DNA of 48,391 bases from a virus (lineage: Duplodnaviria; Caudoviricetes), in the IMG/VR virus record IMGVR_UViG_3300018080_003867, positions 1 through 48,391 of that record. The stretch is one strand, 5' to 3'. The first letter of the stretch is position 1. The number at the start of each line of letters is the position of its first letter. The notes under the pieces were generated by a model that saw only the letters and a program-made list of their open reading frames with translations, ran no database searches and was not told the DNA's origin. This document shows positions 47,009 to 48,391 of the stretch, piece by piece. Made by a program: the position numbers and the translations under genes.

Positions 47009-47968
47009 ATGGCAAACACGAATGCAGCAGCAACCGTTTGGAATTGTCCTAACTACACCGGGGAGCTCTACTTAATTGGAGCAAACCAAACTCCATTTTT
47101 AAACATGATCGGTGGATTGCAGGGGGGACGGGTAAAAACCGTTAGTGACTTTCAATTCCCTCTTGCTCAGCCATGGGCATTAGAAAGTGCCAGTCAGCCA
47201 GCGATTACCGAGACTGCAAGTTTGACCGCGCCAAACCCTTGGACCTATGTTCGCTCGCAAGACGTGAACACGGTGCAAATCTTTCAACGTCAGGTGTCCA
47301 TCAGTTACGCCAAACAATCGGTTATCGGCCAAATCACGGCAGACGCCACAACCAAGTTGGCCATGCTTGATCAGCAACCCGTGCAGAGTGAGTTGGACTT
47401 TCAAATTCAAGCTCATTTGCGCCAAATCGCAATCGATGCTGAATACACCTTTTTAAATGGTGCCTATCAGCAAGCGACTGCGGCTAATGTTGCGGCAAAG
47501 ACCCGTGGCATCATTACCGCATGCTCAAGTAACACGGTAAACGCAGCGAATGCTGCGCTAACCAAGGCATTGATGGATAACCTACTTCGCACCATGGCAG
47601 GCAATGGTGCAGAATTCATGAACCCGGTTTGTTTTGTGAATGCACGGCAGAAACAAAAGCTCAGTGACATTTACGGATATGCCCCCCAAGATCGCAATGT
47701 TGGCGGATACAACATCAAACAAATCGAAACGGATTTCTGCGTTTTGGGCGTGGTCTATGCACCAAGAGTGCCTACCACAACCCTGTTAATCGCAGACCTG
47801 GCTGTTTGTGAGCCTGTGTTCCTGCCTGTGCCTGAAAAGGGCGTCATGTTCTATGAAGAGCTCACCCGAGCCGGGGCCTCCAGTAGTGGGCAACTGTATG
47901 GACAGATGGGTATTAATTATGGTCCCGAAGAGTATCATGGAACAATTACGAGTCTTTCTGTAGCCTAG
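47009..47968 (+). CDS. Major capsid protein (HK97 fold)
   Basis: 319 aa; TPFLNMIG, NTVQIFQRQVSIS, DAEYTFLNG, RGII, IETDF, HGTITSL; follows the scaffold. Confidence 0.85.
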   Translation: MANTNAAATVWNCPNYTGELYLIGANQTPFLNMIGGLQGGRVKTVSDFQFPLAQPWALESASQPAITETASLTAPNPWTYVRSQDVNTVQIFQRQVSISYAKQSVIGQITADATTKLAMLDQQPVQSELDFQIQAHLRQIAIDAEYTFLNGAYQQATAANVAAKTRGIITACSSNTVNAANAALTKALMDNLLRTMAGNGAEFMNPVCFVNARQKQKLSDIYGYAPQDRNVGGYNIKQIETDFCVLGVVYAPRVPTTTLLIADLAVCEPVFLPVPEKGVMFYEELTRAGASSSGQLYGQMGINYGPEEYHGTITSLSVA

Positions 47969-48024
47969 TTTTTTAGGTTTTATGGGATATCTTTTTTTGT
48001 TCTGTGCAATAGGAGATCTGAACC

Positions 48025-48177
48025 ATGGCAGGGAAAAACAAGGCAAACAAGCGACGCGATGTTGCCGCCAGCCCGGAATTACATCCCGATTTGCGCTGGT
48101 ATCTAGACCTCCTGAACGGCAAAACCGTTGTTTGGGGTACTACCACAAGCACCACGTCAACCACTACTACCACCTAG
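48025..48177 (+). CDS. Thr-tailed small protein A (50 aa), not in the ORF track
   Basis: AGGAG RBS at 48011; MAGKNKANKRRDVAASPELHPDLRWYLDLLNGKTVVWGTTTSTTSTTTTT*. Confidence 0.85.
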   Translation: MAGKNKANKRRDVAASPELHPDLRWYLDLLNGKTVVWGTTTSTTSTTTTT

Positions 48178-48203
48178 TAGTGCCCCAAGAGGAGACCTAA
48201 CGC

Positions 48204-48391
48204 ATGGCAGGCAAAGAAAACGCAAAGAGGCGTCGGTTATTGATCAATAACCCGAGCCTTCACCCACGGCTGCGGTGGTATCTGCAGCAACTGAACAGTA
48301 AATCCGCTGTGTGGGGTACTACATCAAGTACCACCACAACCAGCACAACAACGACAACAACAACCAGCACAACAACGACAACAACAACCAG
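48204..48391 (+). CDS. Thr-tailed small protein B, paralogue of A, truncated by the window end
   Basis: AGGAG RBS at 48190; MAGKENAKRRRLLINNPSLHPRLRWYLQQLNSKSAVWGTTSSTTTTSTTTTTTTSTTTTTTT... Confidence 0.85.
   Translation, partial: MAGKENAKRRRLLINNPSLHPRLRWYLQQLNSKSAVWGTTSSTTTTSTTTTTTTSTTTTTTT
48336..48391 (+). repeat. 24-bp tandem repeat encoding TSTTTTTT, running off the window end
   Basis: ACCAGCACAACAACGACAACAACA at 48339 and 48363; a third copy begins at 48387. Confidence 0.9.

Larger units (their letters stand above)
1617..47989. repeat. Dispersed 9-mer TRTGGGATA, about 39 copies on both strands
   Basis: Manual count: 28 TATGGGATA/TATCCCATA and 11 TGTGGGATA/TATCCCACA; positions are listed in the findings. 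Confidence 0.85.

Noticed and set aside
47982-48200. Track ORFs 47982-48200 (+) and 47973-48173 (-)
   Set aside because: Alternative-frame shadows of the RBS-supported, paralogue-supported ORF at 48025-48177
1-48391. Alternative genetic code or stop-codon reassignment
   Set aside because: Core genes are full length under the standard code, and TAA, TAG and TGA all serve as stops

Overview
The window is about 48 kb of a tailed dsDNA phage (Caudoviricetes) genome. No integrase, RNA gene, CRISPR array or IS element was seen, and tail genes lie outside the window. Left (1-6.4 kb): a glycan biosynthesis cluster with a WbuC-like cupin, three putative glycosyltransferases, a sulfotransferase, a SAM methyltransferase and a clear UDP-sulfoquinovose synthase (SqdB). 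Middle (8.5-28.5 kb): a self-sufficient replication/recombination module with SF2 helicase, primase, HTH initiator-like protein, DnaB-like helicase, beta-clamp-like protein, UDG-fused family A polymerase, clamp loader, UvsY-like protein, gp32-like SSB, RecA, 5'-3' exonuclease, resolvase, MT-A70 methylase and SbcCD-like nuclease. Right (31.7-48.4 kb): packaging and head genes (TerS, TerL, portal, minor head, scaffold, major capsid), interleaved with a sigma factor, a LamG/NHL adhesin, RmlB, an NlpC/P60 hydrolase and a second methyltransferase. Three signals stand out. (1) A candidate virion O-glycosylation system: sugar enzymes plus mucin-like poly-Thr tracts on the adhesin and on two unannotated paralogous small proteins right after the major capsid gene. 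(2) A 9-mer, TRTGGGATA, found about 39 times by eye on both strands and often at gene junctions. (3) A stand-alone MshEN-type c-di-GMP-binding protein inside the replication operon. All family assignments come from motif recognition only; no database search was run.
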